A stretch of 64,000 nucleotides of DNA, taken from Octopus sinensis (taxonomy: Eukaryota). The translations under genes were made by a program, and so were the position numbers. The notes beneath the pieces were generated by a model. The model was not told the origin of the DNA, made no database searches, and saw nothing but the letters and a program-made list of their open reading frames with translations. The DNA is taken from assembly GCF_006345805.1 (NCBI RefSeq), contig NC_043019.1:32053360-32117359 (forward strand), in the 5' to 3' direction. Positions 50,625 to 62,793 of this stretch are shown here, one piece after another (positions within the stretch are counted from its first letter, which is position 1; each line of letters opens with the position of its first letter).

Positions 50625-50955
50625 TGAACCCCTAGTGCGAAATCTTGTTACTCTGAGATTTCAATAATGCAATTCTTTATTTTCAGAATGACATTGTAGG
50701 AGAAAAATGGAGAGAAAGAAAGAGAGAGAGAGAGAAAAACGACAGGCAAATGAACTGATAGATGTTAAGGAAACCATATTGATGATTTCCAATATTGATT
50801 TGCATTGTATTTTGACACTTTTTTTTCTGTATTCTGTGATTTAGGGAGAGCACTAAGAGAAAGGAGTAAATGAGGGGCTGGATCTGGTTGATTTGAACAT
50901 AAAACAGGTTGAATATCTGGGCCTGATATGGTTGATTTAAATGCTACAGGGTTGA
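50625..50955 (+). mobile_element. piggyBac-type MITE B, degenerate, carrying a 175-bp foreign insert
   Basis: agaatgacattgtagg|insert|gggctggatctgg...ttaaatgctacagggttga. Confidence 0.8.
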
Positions 50956-51324
50956 AGCCAAAACAGTGTAAGCTATAAGAAGTAATACAAGTGGATGGTT
51001 TTTACTTTCACTTTGTATTTCAATATTTTGGGGTTAAGACTCCTTCTTCAGGAAATCTTTGGAGAAATGGTATTGTGAGCTTGTATACCTTTGCATATAC
51101 ATGTATTCATGCATATTGCAATACATAATACAAACAGTTGACTTATTTCTTATAGATTGCTTTGTTTTGATTTTGAAAAAAAAATTACATTTGTGGTTGT
51201 GTGTGCGTTTGTTTGTCTGCCTCACAGCTCTTCATCCATTGCTGGTTTGTTTACATTCCCCACAACTTAGCAGTTCTGCAAAACAGACCATTAGAATAAG
51301 TATCATTATTATTATTATTATCAT

Positions 51325-51712
51325 CATCATCATCGTGTAATGTCCTCTTTCCATGCTGGCACAAGTTGGATGGTTTGGCATGAAGCTGGCTAGCAGGGAG
51401 CTGTCCAGAATCCAACTTTGTGGAGGCACGGTTCCTACAGTCGGATGCCCTGCCTAACACCAACCACCTAACAGTGTGCTGGGTACTTTTTATGTGCCAC
51501 CAACAAGGGTGCATTTATGTAGCACAGACATGGATACTCTTTAAGTGGCACCAAGCCTGTATGCATGGAAAGCAGTGGTTCTACTTACCTTAACGTGTCT
51601 TATCAAGTACAGCAAATCACCACATCTCCCAGGTCCCTTGTCATTTCCTCAGTGAGGCCCAGGATTTGAAGATCCTTTCTCACCACTTTATCCCACATCT
51701 TCCTGAGTCTGG
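51325..51712 (-). mobile_element. RTE LINE 3' end including the ORF C-terminus
   Basis: Minus strand RLRKMWDKVVRKDLQILGLTEEMTRD.. then W*FAVLDKT (frameshift), 3' UTR and (GAT)n. Confidence 0.85.
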
Positions 51713-51811
51713 CACTTGAAAAAAGAAAATAGGTCCTATGATTGATTTTGTTCAATTAAAACTGTTCATAATGGTGTCCCAGCATGACCGCAGTCCAGCA
51801 ACTTCAACAAG

Positions 51812-51969
51812 TAGCGGCTGTGTGGTAAGTAGCTTGTTTACCAACCACATGGTTCTGGGTTCAGTCCCACTGCGTGGCACCTTGGGCAAGTGTCTTCTAC
51901 TATAGCCTTGGGCCGACCAAAGCCTTGTGAGTGGATTTGGTAGACAGAAACTGAAACAAGCCCGTCGTA

Positions 51970-52037
<68 letters not shown>

Positions 52038-52233
52038 TTGTGTGTCTGTGTTTGTCCCCCTAACATTGCTTGACAACCTATGCTGGTGTGTTATTGTCCC
52101 CATCACTTAGCGGTTCGGCAAAAGAGACCGATAGAATAAGTCCCGGGGTTGAGTTGCTCGATTAAAGGTGGTGCTCCAGCATGGCCGCAGTCAAATGACT
52201 GAAACAAGTAAAAGAGAGAGAGAGAGAGAGAGA
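51812..52233 (+). mobile_element. Composite SINE
   Basis: Matches consensus; tail runs into (GA)n. Confidence 0.88.
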
Positions 52234-52527
52234 GTATAAAAGATATACCCTCTGAACATTCTGTTTGTGTATAGATCGTAAGTTATTCACTTTCACCTAG
52301 AATGATAATAACCCGGAGTGAATAATTGTATAATACACCATACAGCATTTGATGTAAGTCAGTTGTGTCACACAACTCTTTCTTTCTCTCTGGAGTCTAC
52401 CTTTTTCTATTTTTGATTACATCCACATATGCAAACACATACAGGTATATATACTAGATGCATACACACATGAACACACACATGCAAACACATACAGGTA
52501 CATATACTAGATGCATACACTCATGCA

Positions 52528-52582
<55 letters not shown>

Positions 52583-53108
52583 CATGCAGGCACAAAATCA
52601 ATAGAAAAACATACAAACCTAGAAATCAGAACTGTAAAAATACTCTTGCAAACAGACGACTTAGAGCACATGCGCACACACACACACACACACACACACA
52701 ACACACACACACATATATACAAACAAGCATACACATTTACAGATGTACTCTCTGAAACTGCTCATACACACAATCTTGCAAAAAGGAACTAAATCTCTCT
52801 CTTTCTCTACCCCCTCCCTCTCTCTCCTCCTCCTCCTCTCTCTTTCCTTTCCTTTCCTTGTCATTCATACATTGTTTTAAAGGAAGATGAGCACACACAC
52901 ACACACTTTCTGCAACTCTCACACACTCCCTCCCTACCTCTCTCTTTCTCTCCAGTCATTCACACACTTTGAAAAAGCTGAGCATGCACACACACACACA
53001 CATATGCACTCTCTCTCTCTCTCTTTCTCTCTCCCTCTTTCTCTCTCTCCCTTTTTCTCTCTCTCTACTTTTCCATTACTCTTTTTTTCCCTTTCTCACT
53101 TCATTTTT

Positions 53109-53161
<53 letters not shown>

Positions 53162-54019
53162 CTATTCTCCCCACCCTTTCCCATTATTTATTGCTGATTC
53201 TCCCTCTTTCTATTACACACAAACACTCTTTCTCTCTCTCTACTTTCACTTTCATTGCCCCCCCTGTCTCTTTCTCTACTTTCACTTTCATTGTTCCCCC
53301 TCTCTCTCTAACTCCATTCCTTTCACTCACACTGTCACCTTCCATTCACAACTCTCTACTCCCTCCATCTCTCTGTCTCTCCTTCTCCATCTCTCCCTCC
53401 ACCACCATCGCCACCACCATCGCCTAAATCCTTCGCTAAAAGATTTAAGCTAGAGACACAACTTACTGTCCCCATCTTAAGGGACCAATGGTGGTGGTGG
53501 CAGTAGCAGTGGTGGTCGGGGATTAAATAGAGCCAAGAGATAGAATTTCAAATCTGAGCAAAGCCAGATAAACTACGCCAGGTTTTTTTTGGCAAGCATG
53601 TTTTCGTATTGTCCACTGTCTGTCTGTCTGTCTCTGTGTACATTGTGTGTGTACGTGCGTACGGTGAGGGGATGTTTGTCGCTGTATGTGTTTGTGTGTG
53701 TATATATATATATGTGTGTGTGTGTGAGTGTTTGTGTGTCGTATACTTATTGTGTAATGTTCATCAATGTATGTATATGTGTGTACATTGTCCCCTGTCT
53801 ATCTCTGTATGATGTGTGTATGGATGTATGTGTGTGTGTGTGTGTGTGTACATGCATGATGTGTGTGTACAATGTGGGTGTTTATGTGTGTCTGTAGTAC
53901 GTGTGCTATGGTTACTCTGTCATGTCCATAAATGTGTGTGTTTGTATATATTTGCATGTTTCTTGTGAGAGAATGTGTGTATGTATGTATATGCATATTT
54001 ATATATATACATATATATG

Positions 54020-54121
<102 letters not shown>

Positions 54122-54371
54122 GTATGCATGATATGTGTGTGTGGTGTTTCTGTGTGCCTTTGTGGGATGCAGTGCTTGTGTATTTAGCAATGTATTGTGT
54201 ATATAGAATGTGTGCGTATATGCACACATGTGTGTATAGTTCATTGTCTGTTCAGTACACACATGACTTGAAAATTTCCCTGCATTCTTTCCTGCCGGCT
54301 GATATGTTGGCATCAAGAATAATCAGCTGAAATATTCAGTCTCTTGCTTAGGGACTTTCCAAGCCTATTAC

Positions 54372-54603
54372 CTATTTCTTTATTACCCACAAGGGGCTAA
54401 ACACAGAGGGGACAAACAAGGACAGACATAGGTATTAAGTTGATTACATCGACCCCAGTGCGTAACTGGTACTTAATTTATCGACCCCGAAAGGATGAAA
54501 GGCAAAGTCGACCTCGGCGGAATTTGAACTCACAACGTAACGCAGACGAAATACCGCTAAGCATTTCGCCCAGAGTGCTAACGTTTCTGCCAGCTCGCCG
54601 CCT
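54372..54603 (-). mobile_element. Meta-like SINE, full length
   Basis: Reverse complement of 35907-36140. Confidence 0.88.
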
Positions 54604-54869
54604 TATTCCAAGCCTATTACCATTTTTGCAGGGGCTTGTAGAACTCCTTTGTTTTTTTGTTCTCTCCAGTGACAGAAGGTGGGATTGAACTCAGATATTG
54701 CAAGTTGGTGTTCTGACATCCTGCCAATCCACTGCCCTGGACTAGCGCTTTATTCGTCGGCCCTCAACCCCCCGCCACATAAAAAGGAAAGAAAACGATG
54801 ATGGGCGAAGTTTATCTTAGGTGCTTTTTGAATTTGGAGAACAAGGGACCAGAACCAGAATAAATACCT

Positions 54870-55097
54870 ATTTCTTTATTACCCACAAGGGGCTAAACAC
54901 AGAGGGGACAAACAAGGACAGACATAGGTATTAAGTCGATTACATCGACCCCAGTGCATAACTGGTACTTAATTTATCGACCCCGAAAGGATGAAAGGCA
55001 AAGTGGACCTCGGTGGAATTTGATCTCACAACGTAACGGCAGGCGAAATACCGCTAAGCATTTCGACCAGCGTGCTAATGATTCTGCCCTCTCGGCC
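54870..55097 (-). mobile_element. Meta-like SINE, full length
   Basis: Reverse complement of 35907-36140. Confidence 0.88.
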
Positions 55098-55229
55098 CCT
55101 TAATAAATACCACAAGGCATTCTGTCTACTGTCTCAATTCAGCATATGTATAGGATGTGTAGTGTGCATCTGTTATAAGTAGTGTGTGTGTGTATAGCAT
55201 ATCTATATTTATGTATATATAAATATATA

Positions 55230-55700
55230 GATCAAGTGAGACCATAACCCGTGGCCTCTACATGGGATGTAGCCAGTCCACTTATGCATACCTTTTCTTC
55301 TTGGGACACAAAATTCTACTTGTGAAAACCTGTTGAGGCAAGTAAAAATCGAAATCGATCAACATGGAAATTGCAGCTGTGATACCAGTGCCGGTGGTAC
55401 GTAAGAGAACCATCCGTACGTGGCCATTGCCATTGCCAGCGCCGCCCCAACTGGCCTCGTGCCGGTGGCATGTAAAAAGCACCAACTGATCGTGGCCGTT
55501 TGCCAGCCTCGTCTGGCACATAAAAAGCACCCACTACACTCACGGAGTGGTTGGCGTCAGGAAGGGCATCCAGCTGTAGAAACACTGCCAGATCAGACTG
55601 GGCCTGGTGCAGCCTTCTGGCTTCCCAGACTCCAGTTGAACCGTCCAACCCATGCTAGCATGGAAAGCGGGCGCTAAACGATGATGATGATGATGATGAT
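55230..55700 (+). mobile_element. RTE LINE 3' end
   Basis: ggttggcgtcaggaagggcatccagctgtagaaac...aaacgatgatgatgatg. Confidence 0.82.
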
Positions 55701-55989
55701 AGATCATGGTGTGTGTGTGTAGTATACACACATACACATGTAGTATGTGTATATTGATGTATTTATGTGTGTATGTGTATAAACGCACACATGCCTATAC
55801 ATGTATGAGAACATGTGTCTACATGAGTGTAATGTGTGAAGCATGTGTGTAATATGAATATACGTATGTGTGTACATGTGTATATGTCTATAGTCTATGT
55901 GATATATGTGTCAATGTTTTTTTATACTGGAAAGACTGATTGTAAATATTTGCCTGTCTCTCTCCTTGCTTCTGTCTTTCTCTCTCTCA

Positions 55990-56020
<31 letters not shown>

Positions 56021-56137
56021 CCTCTCTCTGGGTATCCATCTGTCTGCTTTGGGTGGGATTTGATGGTGAGATCTGTGTTTTTCTGAGGAGTGTCTGATGG
56101 TCTTATTACTTTTGAGGTTTTTTGTTGTTGTTGTTGC

Positions 56138-56169
<32 letters not shown>

Positions 56170-57030
56170 TTGTTGTTGTTGCTGCTGCTGCTACTGCTGC
56201 ATTAATAGTTTCAACTGCTGCCCCTGTTGTTGTTATTCCTGACGTTATTCATTCTGATTCTGTTGTTGTTATTGTTGTTGTTGATGTGGTTTCAATTGTT
56301 TTTCTTGTTGTGAATTCTTTTTTTGCCCGTAGAATTCATGTCTGCTGCCTTTGTGTGCAGAAGTCTCTCAGACGCGTGGTGCTACCTCATACACCACGGC
56401 ACCTTGGTTTTCTTCTGCACACCCATCGCTACCAAAAAATCGAGTTTCATTTGAGATTATGAGGAAGTCAGGTATTTTCTCAATGTTTCCTGGTTCTGCT
56501 TGTATGGTTATCCCAACACCAACACCCAACCATCCGCTCTCCCTGGTGAAATTTTTCTATGTCTACAATACCCTTCTCATCTTCATCATCACTTATTACG
56601 GCAGCTATCAACCACTATTTGTCTCTTTCCAGTGGAGCATCTTTCACGGTTACTTTCATCAGTCTTTTCCAAATTAGGAAGAACGAATTAACAAAAATTC
56701 TTTATGTAGAGGAGGCAATAGGGTAGGTTTGTCTTTTCTTATCAAAGACTGGTCTTACAACTGTTGTTCTGAAATGCTTGTCATATGGGGTAAAAACTTT
56801 GTGACTCCATATATTTCTTAACCCTTTAGCATTCAGATACCTCTGTCAAATGGAACGGGTAAAGACCTCCTTTGGTTATGAATGACCTTTTTTTCATTTA
56901 CTGACCTTTTTTTTTATTTACAAAGTTGACCTCAGCGGAATTTGAACTCAGAACGTAAAGACAGACAAAATGCTGCTAAGCATTTTGCCTGGCATGTTAA
57001 CAATTCTACCAGCTCGCTGCATTAATAATA

Positions 57031-57067
<37 letters not shown>

Positions 57068-57901
57068 TAATGGCTCCAAATTTAGTGCAAGGCCTCATTT
57101 TCAGGGGAGTGGGTAAGTCAATTACATCAACCCCAGTGCTCAACCGTCATTTATTTTATCAATCCCCAAAAAAGATGACAGGCTGAATCTGCCTCAGCGG
57201 AATTTGAACTCACAACATCAATCTGGAAGAAATGTTGCTGAGGACTTTGTCTGGCATGCTAACGATTTTGCCAGCTCACTGCTTTAGTAATTGTAGCAGT
57301 CATCATGGTAATAATAATAATAATAATAATAATGATAATAATAATAGTAATAATAATAATGAAAAGGAAATCAAAGGTATTTAGGAAAATGTGCATCATC
57401 TGGATTCTTAATTTATTATAGTTTTTTTTTTGTTTTTTTTTATTTTCTGTTGCTAATTTCATTAAATTTTTTGTTTTTCTTTATTGAGTAAATAAACAAG
57501 TTTGAAATATTTGCCAGGCTGTCATCATTAATATATATTAATTAGCAGAGAAGTAGCTTCGTTACTAGCTTTGGTGGCAATTACTTTCAGATTATTCAGC
57601 GTTCGCTATGTGGATTTAAGTGTGTGTGTGTGTGTGTGTACTTTGTATAAGCATTTATGAGAGATATAAGTACGGTTTTCTATGTGTATATACGTGAATG
57701 TGTGTGTGTGTATTTGTGGATATATATATATATATAGAGAGAGAGAGACCATATATATACTCATTAAGTTCTAGAGAATATGAAATAATTCTTTCTAGGA
57801 ATGGTGGATCTTGAAGCAAATATAAAAAAATTGTTTGTAAATATTGGTTTAAAATACCTTTGAGTATTTTCATACACGCACACACACACACACACATATA
57901 T

Positions 57902-57941
<40 letters not shown>

Positions 57942-57942
<1 letters not shown>

Positions 57943-58951
57943 GAGGGGGTACCCAAAGGAAACCAGAATTTTGCAATATTATTTTATTCACTTAGTTTTA
58001 CATGTTTACACTTTAATTGCCTTCAAAGTATTCTTCATTTGAAGCAATGCATCGGTCTAGGCGCATTTTCCACTGTTCAAAGCAGTGCTGGAACCCTTGC
58101 AAAGTAATGCCTTTTAACACCTTTGCCATGTTTTTCTTCACCTTTTCCACATCTGCAAATTCTGTAGCACCAGTTTTTGACACCAGTGATGACCTCCGAA
58201 AAAAAGGTCCGGATCAACTTCTAATTTTTCTTTCAGTTTGTGACAAACATTAGTCTTGACTGCTTTTGGTCTTTTCTGAGCAGGTGAAGGGCAGATTTTG
58301 CTGCAACTCTTTCCATTCACAGTTCCTGGTTCAAAATTCATCGGCAGACCACACCATGACCAATATAGCCTAAACCCTCTAGTATTCAAACCAGGCATAT
58401 CTGGCACATATTCTACCAGTTTCATGTTCAAACTGACCAGATCCAGCATCTCACACCTACCCTACAATGTCATTCTAAAAATAATCATCACATCATTGAA
58501 ATCATGAAGCTATGAGATAAGCTGTGATCAACCAATCATATCAAGTTCATTAATTGTTCAGTGATGGTCCTCCAAGATCAGTTGCCCTGAACAAGGTTGG
58601 TCTTCAAGGAGCAAGTGGCCATTCCTAAAGTGTGAAAAACCACTCATAAATTTGTGTTTTGCTCATGGCAGCACCTTTTCAAGTTGTTGGAAGCATGACT
58701 ACTGTTTCGGCTGCCGTTTTCCCCAGCAGAAAACGGAATTTCACGGAAGCACAGTTTTTCATTTTAGCAGTGGCAAAAATTGACAAATAAGGGAGAAGCA
58801 CTGCAAAGCAAAGACACACCTCGTGGAAATAGGACCTCGTGTGATGCTGCCAGACAGCAGACTGATGCCTAAGTGTCTCATCAAGTGGCTTCTAGCAGTG
58901 GATGCTTGTCCCACAGAGAACATTTCTGGTTACTTTTTGGGTACCACCTCA
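57942..58951 (-). mobile_element. Mariner (Tc1/mariner) transposon relic, internally deleted transposase pseudogene
   Basis: About 28-bp TIRs (tgagggggtacccaaaggaaaccagaa / ttctggttactttttgggtaccacctca) flanked by TA. Minus-strand peptides: ASVKFRFLLGKTAAETVVML..AMSKTQIYEWF; ILNQEL*MERVAAK..DQKQSR..VCHKLKEKLEVDPDLF; FADVEKVKKNMAKVLKGITLQGFQHCFEQWKMRLDRCIASNEEYFEGN* (stop 58013-58015). Confidence 0.93.
58371..58545 (-). mobile_element. piggyBac-type MITE B fragment inside the mariner
   Basis: taaaccctctagtattcaaacc..ctacaatgtcattctaaaaataa. Confidence 0.75.
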
Positions 58952-58962
58952 TATATCTAAAT

Positions 58963-59117
58963 GCAAGTGTGGCTGTATGATAGAAAGTTTGCTTCCCAAC
59001 CAGATGGTTTCAGGTTCAGTCCCATTGCAGGACACACCTTGGGTATCTTCTACTGTAGCCTTTGACTCACCACAACCTTGTGAGTGGATTTGATAGGTGG
59101 AAACCAAAAGAAGCCTG

Positions 59118-59157
<40 letters not shown>

Positions 59158-59335
59158 TGGTTGTCAAATGTTGGTAGGGGACAAGCACACACATAGATAT
59201 AAACATAAATACAATTCTGACAGGCTTCTTTCAGTTTCCGTCAATCAAAACCACTCAAAAGGCTTTTGTTGGCCCGGGGCTATAGTAGATAACACACAGG
59301 TTGCCATGCACTGGGACTGAACTGAAGACCACATC
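58963..59335. mobile_element. Two composite-SINE heads in inverted orientation around (TA)n
   Basis: Plus-strand head 58963-59120; minus-strand head 59218-59335 plus the start of its tail module at 59160-59190. Confidence 0.75.
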
Positions 59336-59379
59336 ATCATAAAGCAAGCCATGCCTGTGCGTATAAAAATTCAGAAAGC

Positions 59380-59435
59380 CTCCCCAGTTAGGAATTGAAC
59401 CTTGATCGCCTACCTGACCAGCAAGGATTCTTACC
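59380..59435 (-). pseudogene. Degenerate, 5'-truncated tRNA-Asp-like sequence
   Basis: Minus strand ggtaagaatccttgctggtcaggtaggcgatcaaggttcaattcctaactggggag is gap-free colinear (about 37/56) with the recalled 3' 56 nt of metazoan tRNA-Asp(GTC); a T5 run follows 10 nt downstream. Confidence 0.4.
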
Positions 59436-59494
59436 AAGAAAAATTATATGATATGGCCAGTATATATAATTTTTACAGTATATATTTATGTCTT

Positions 59495-59905
59495 TTCTTT
59501 CTTTTTCTTTTTTTTTGTTTCAGTCATTTGACTGCGGCCATGCTGGAGCACCGCCTTTAGTCGAGCAAATCGACCCCAGAGCTTATTCTTTGTAAGTCTT
59601 GTACTTATCCTATCGGTCTCTTTTGCCGAACCGCTAAGTTACGGGGACGTGAACACACCAGCATCGGTTGTCAAGCGATGTTGTGGGAACAAACCCAGAC
59701 AAACATATACACACACGTAGATATACACATATATATATACATATACGACAGGCTTTTTCCAGTTTCCGTCTACCAAATCCACTCACAAGGCTTTGGTCGG
59801 CCCGAGGCTATAGTAGATGACACTTGCCCAAAGTGCCATGCAGTAGGACTGAACCTGGAACCATGTGGTTGGTAAGCAAGCTACTTACCACACAGCCACT
59901 GCTAT
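59495..59905 (-). mobile_element. Composite SINE, full length
   Basis: Reverse complement of consensus. Confidence 0.9.
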
Positions 59906-60264
59906 GCCTATGTGTATATTTTTGTGATTTTTTAATGTATACATTTTTCATAGTTACATAATGAGTGTAGATTTTTTTCACTACATTTATGATGTATATT
60001 TTTATAATAATATATAGCAGTGTGTTTACCTTTTTCATATTTATGTTTATGGAGTGTATATAGATTTTTCTTATCTGATTTCTATTGTGCATTTGCTCTC
60101 TCATAATCTATATGTAAATCATCAACATCTGTTTTCCATGCTGGCATGGGTTACGTATTTTGTCCATACAGTTATAGTGTATGTGTATAGTTATATTTTT
60201 AATAATTTCTATTTATAATGTATGCATGTTAATATATATATATGTGTGTGTGTGTTTGTATATA

Positions 60265-60309
<45 letters not shown>

Positions 60310-60393
60310 TTGTGTATATGTATATATACCTATTTGTATACATATATACATACATATTTGTATATATGTGTGTGTGTATGTATATATGTAGGG

Positions 60394-60431
<38 letters not shown>

Positions 60432-61347
60432 TTGTGTATATGTATGTATATATACCTATTTGTATACATATATACATACATATTTGTATATATATATGTG
60501 TGTGTGTGTGTATGTATGTATATATGTATGGGTGTGTATATATATATATATATATATTTGTATATGTGTGTATATGTATTTAAATATATATAAGCCTGTT
60601 TTGCAAAAATTTCTTCAAAGAAATTTTATGTATGTGTGTGTGTGTACATGCATATACACTCACTTTCCATATTTATAGTGTGTATATTTTGTTATAGTTA
60701 TATTTGTAGCGTATATATTTATATATATATTTATAGCTATATATTTATAGCGTATGTGTTTATATATTTTAATAATTTCAAAACATCCACTTCAGCCTTC
60801 TCTTGAACCCAATATATCTGTGTGTGTGTGTATAAGAGAGATCTAATAAAATCGTATACCTTATATCATTGTTTATTCTCTATTCCATTTCTACATAGTT
60901 TTTCTTCTCTAAATTTGCCCCTCTGTAATCTCTACTGTTCAATTGCCGAGCTATTGTTTTGTGTGTGCATTTATAGTATATTGCATGAGCAATATGTAGC
61001 TGGAGATCTGAACTCAGAGGTTTTCCACACTGGCTAAATCCGGGTTTATAGCACCTCCTGTGCCATGAGATGTCTATGCATTTGCCTTTGAAGGCATGCA
61101 TCTCATCAGCTGAGATGGCTCTGATGGAAGCTTCTAGAAAGTTCACTTCATAGTTTGATATTTTGATAACCAAGTAACAAAATGCACCTGTCCAAAATGG
61201 TTGTCTTGGTATCAAAATTTGAGAAGCTGAGTGCATACATGAATGTGATGGTCTTTGCAAAACAGCATCTTCTATAATCGCATTTGTAGCCTCGCTCTAA
61301 GCTCAGCTCTGATGGTTTGGTTGCTTATGAGCCTTTTATAAAGTGTT

Positions 61348-61815
61348 TTCATCATCATACGTCCATTGTCTATGCTGGCATGGGTTGGACGGTTTGACTG
61401 GGCTGGACGGTTTGACTGGGTTGGACGGTTTGACTGGGTTGGACAGTTTGATTGGGTTGGACGGTTTGACTGGGCTGGACGGTTTGACTGGGCTGGACGG
61501 TTTGACTGGGCTGGACGGTTTGACTGGGCTGGACGGTTTGACTGGGCTGGACGGTTTGACTGGGTTGGACGGTTTGACTGGGCTGGACGGTTTGACTGGG
61601 CTGGACGGTTTGACTGGGCTGGACGGTTTGACTGGGCTGAACAGTTTGACTGGGCTGGCACACTGGAAGGCTGCACCAGATGCCAACCTGATTTGGTATG
61701 GTATTCTATGGTTGGATGTCCTTCCTAATGCCAACCCTCTGAGAGTGAAATTGATGCTTTTACGTGCCACTGGCACAGGTGCCAATTTTGTGTGATACCG
61801 GTATCTGCCATGACT
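61348..61815 (-). mobile_element. RTE LINE 3' end with an 18-bp tandem repeat x15 (61381-61657)
   Basis: Unit ggacggtttgactgggct, which is single-copy in sister elements. Confidence 0.88.
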
Positions 61816-61823
61816 GTGATTAT

Positions 61824-62142
61824 GTAGGAATGGCTGTGTGGTAGGACACTTGCTCCTTAATCATATGGCTCTCGGTTCAGTCCCACTGCATGGCACCTTG
61901 GGCAAGTGTCGTCTACTATAGCTTTGGACTGACTAAAGCCTTGTGAGTGGATTTGGTAGATGGAACTGAAAGGAGCCCATCGTATGTATGTATATGTATA
62001 TATATGTATATATTATATATATCTATATATAATATATATATGTAGATATGTAGTATATATATATCTATACACATCATACATGTATGTATGTATATATATA
62101 TATATATATATATGTATGGATGTATATATATATATATATATC

Positions 62143-62179
<37 letters not shown>

Positions 62180-62279
62180 ATATATATATATACACATACA
62201 TACATGTATGTATGTATATATATATAATATATATATATATATATAGACACACATTAATACATGTATGTATGTATATATG

Positions 62280-62314
<35 letters not shown>

Positions 62315-62403
62315 ATACTTAATACATGTATGTATGTATATATATATATTATATATATATATTATGTAATATATATATATATATACACTTACATACATGA
62401 TTG

Positions 62404-62453
<50 letters not shown>

Positions 62454-62480
62454 CACATACATACATGTATGTATGTTATG

Positions 62481-62516
<36 letters not shown>

Positions 62517-62750
62517 TTTTTTGTTTATACATAATGTATGTATTTGTGTCTGGTTTGTCCCCCAACCATTGCTTGACAACCGAAGTCAGTGTGTTTATAT
62601 CCCATAACTTAGCGGTTCAGCAAAGGAGACTGATAGAATAAGTACTTAGATTACAAAGAATAAGTTCTGGGGTCGATTTGCTCGACTAAAAGTGGTACTC
62701 CAGCATTGCCACTATCAAACGACTGAAACAAGTAAAAGAATAAAAGAAAT
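61824..62750 (+). mobile_element. Composite SINE with its central microsatellite expanded to ~560 bp
   Basis: Head 61824-61985, tail 62545-62750. Confidence 0.82.
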
Positions 62751-62762
62751 GAACATAATATA

Positions 62763-62789
<27 letters not shown>

Positions 62790-62793
<4 letters not shown>

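Noticed and set aside
60975-61035. C2H2-like SQCGKPLSSDLQLHIAH
   Set aside because: First Cys is missing, spacing is two residues short and no tandem fingers or linkers are present.
61272-61795. QSNRPA / LDGLTG repeat proteins
   Set aside because: Product of the 18-bp expansion inside an RTE 3' UTR.
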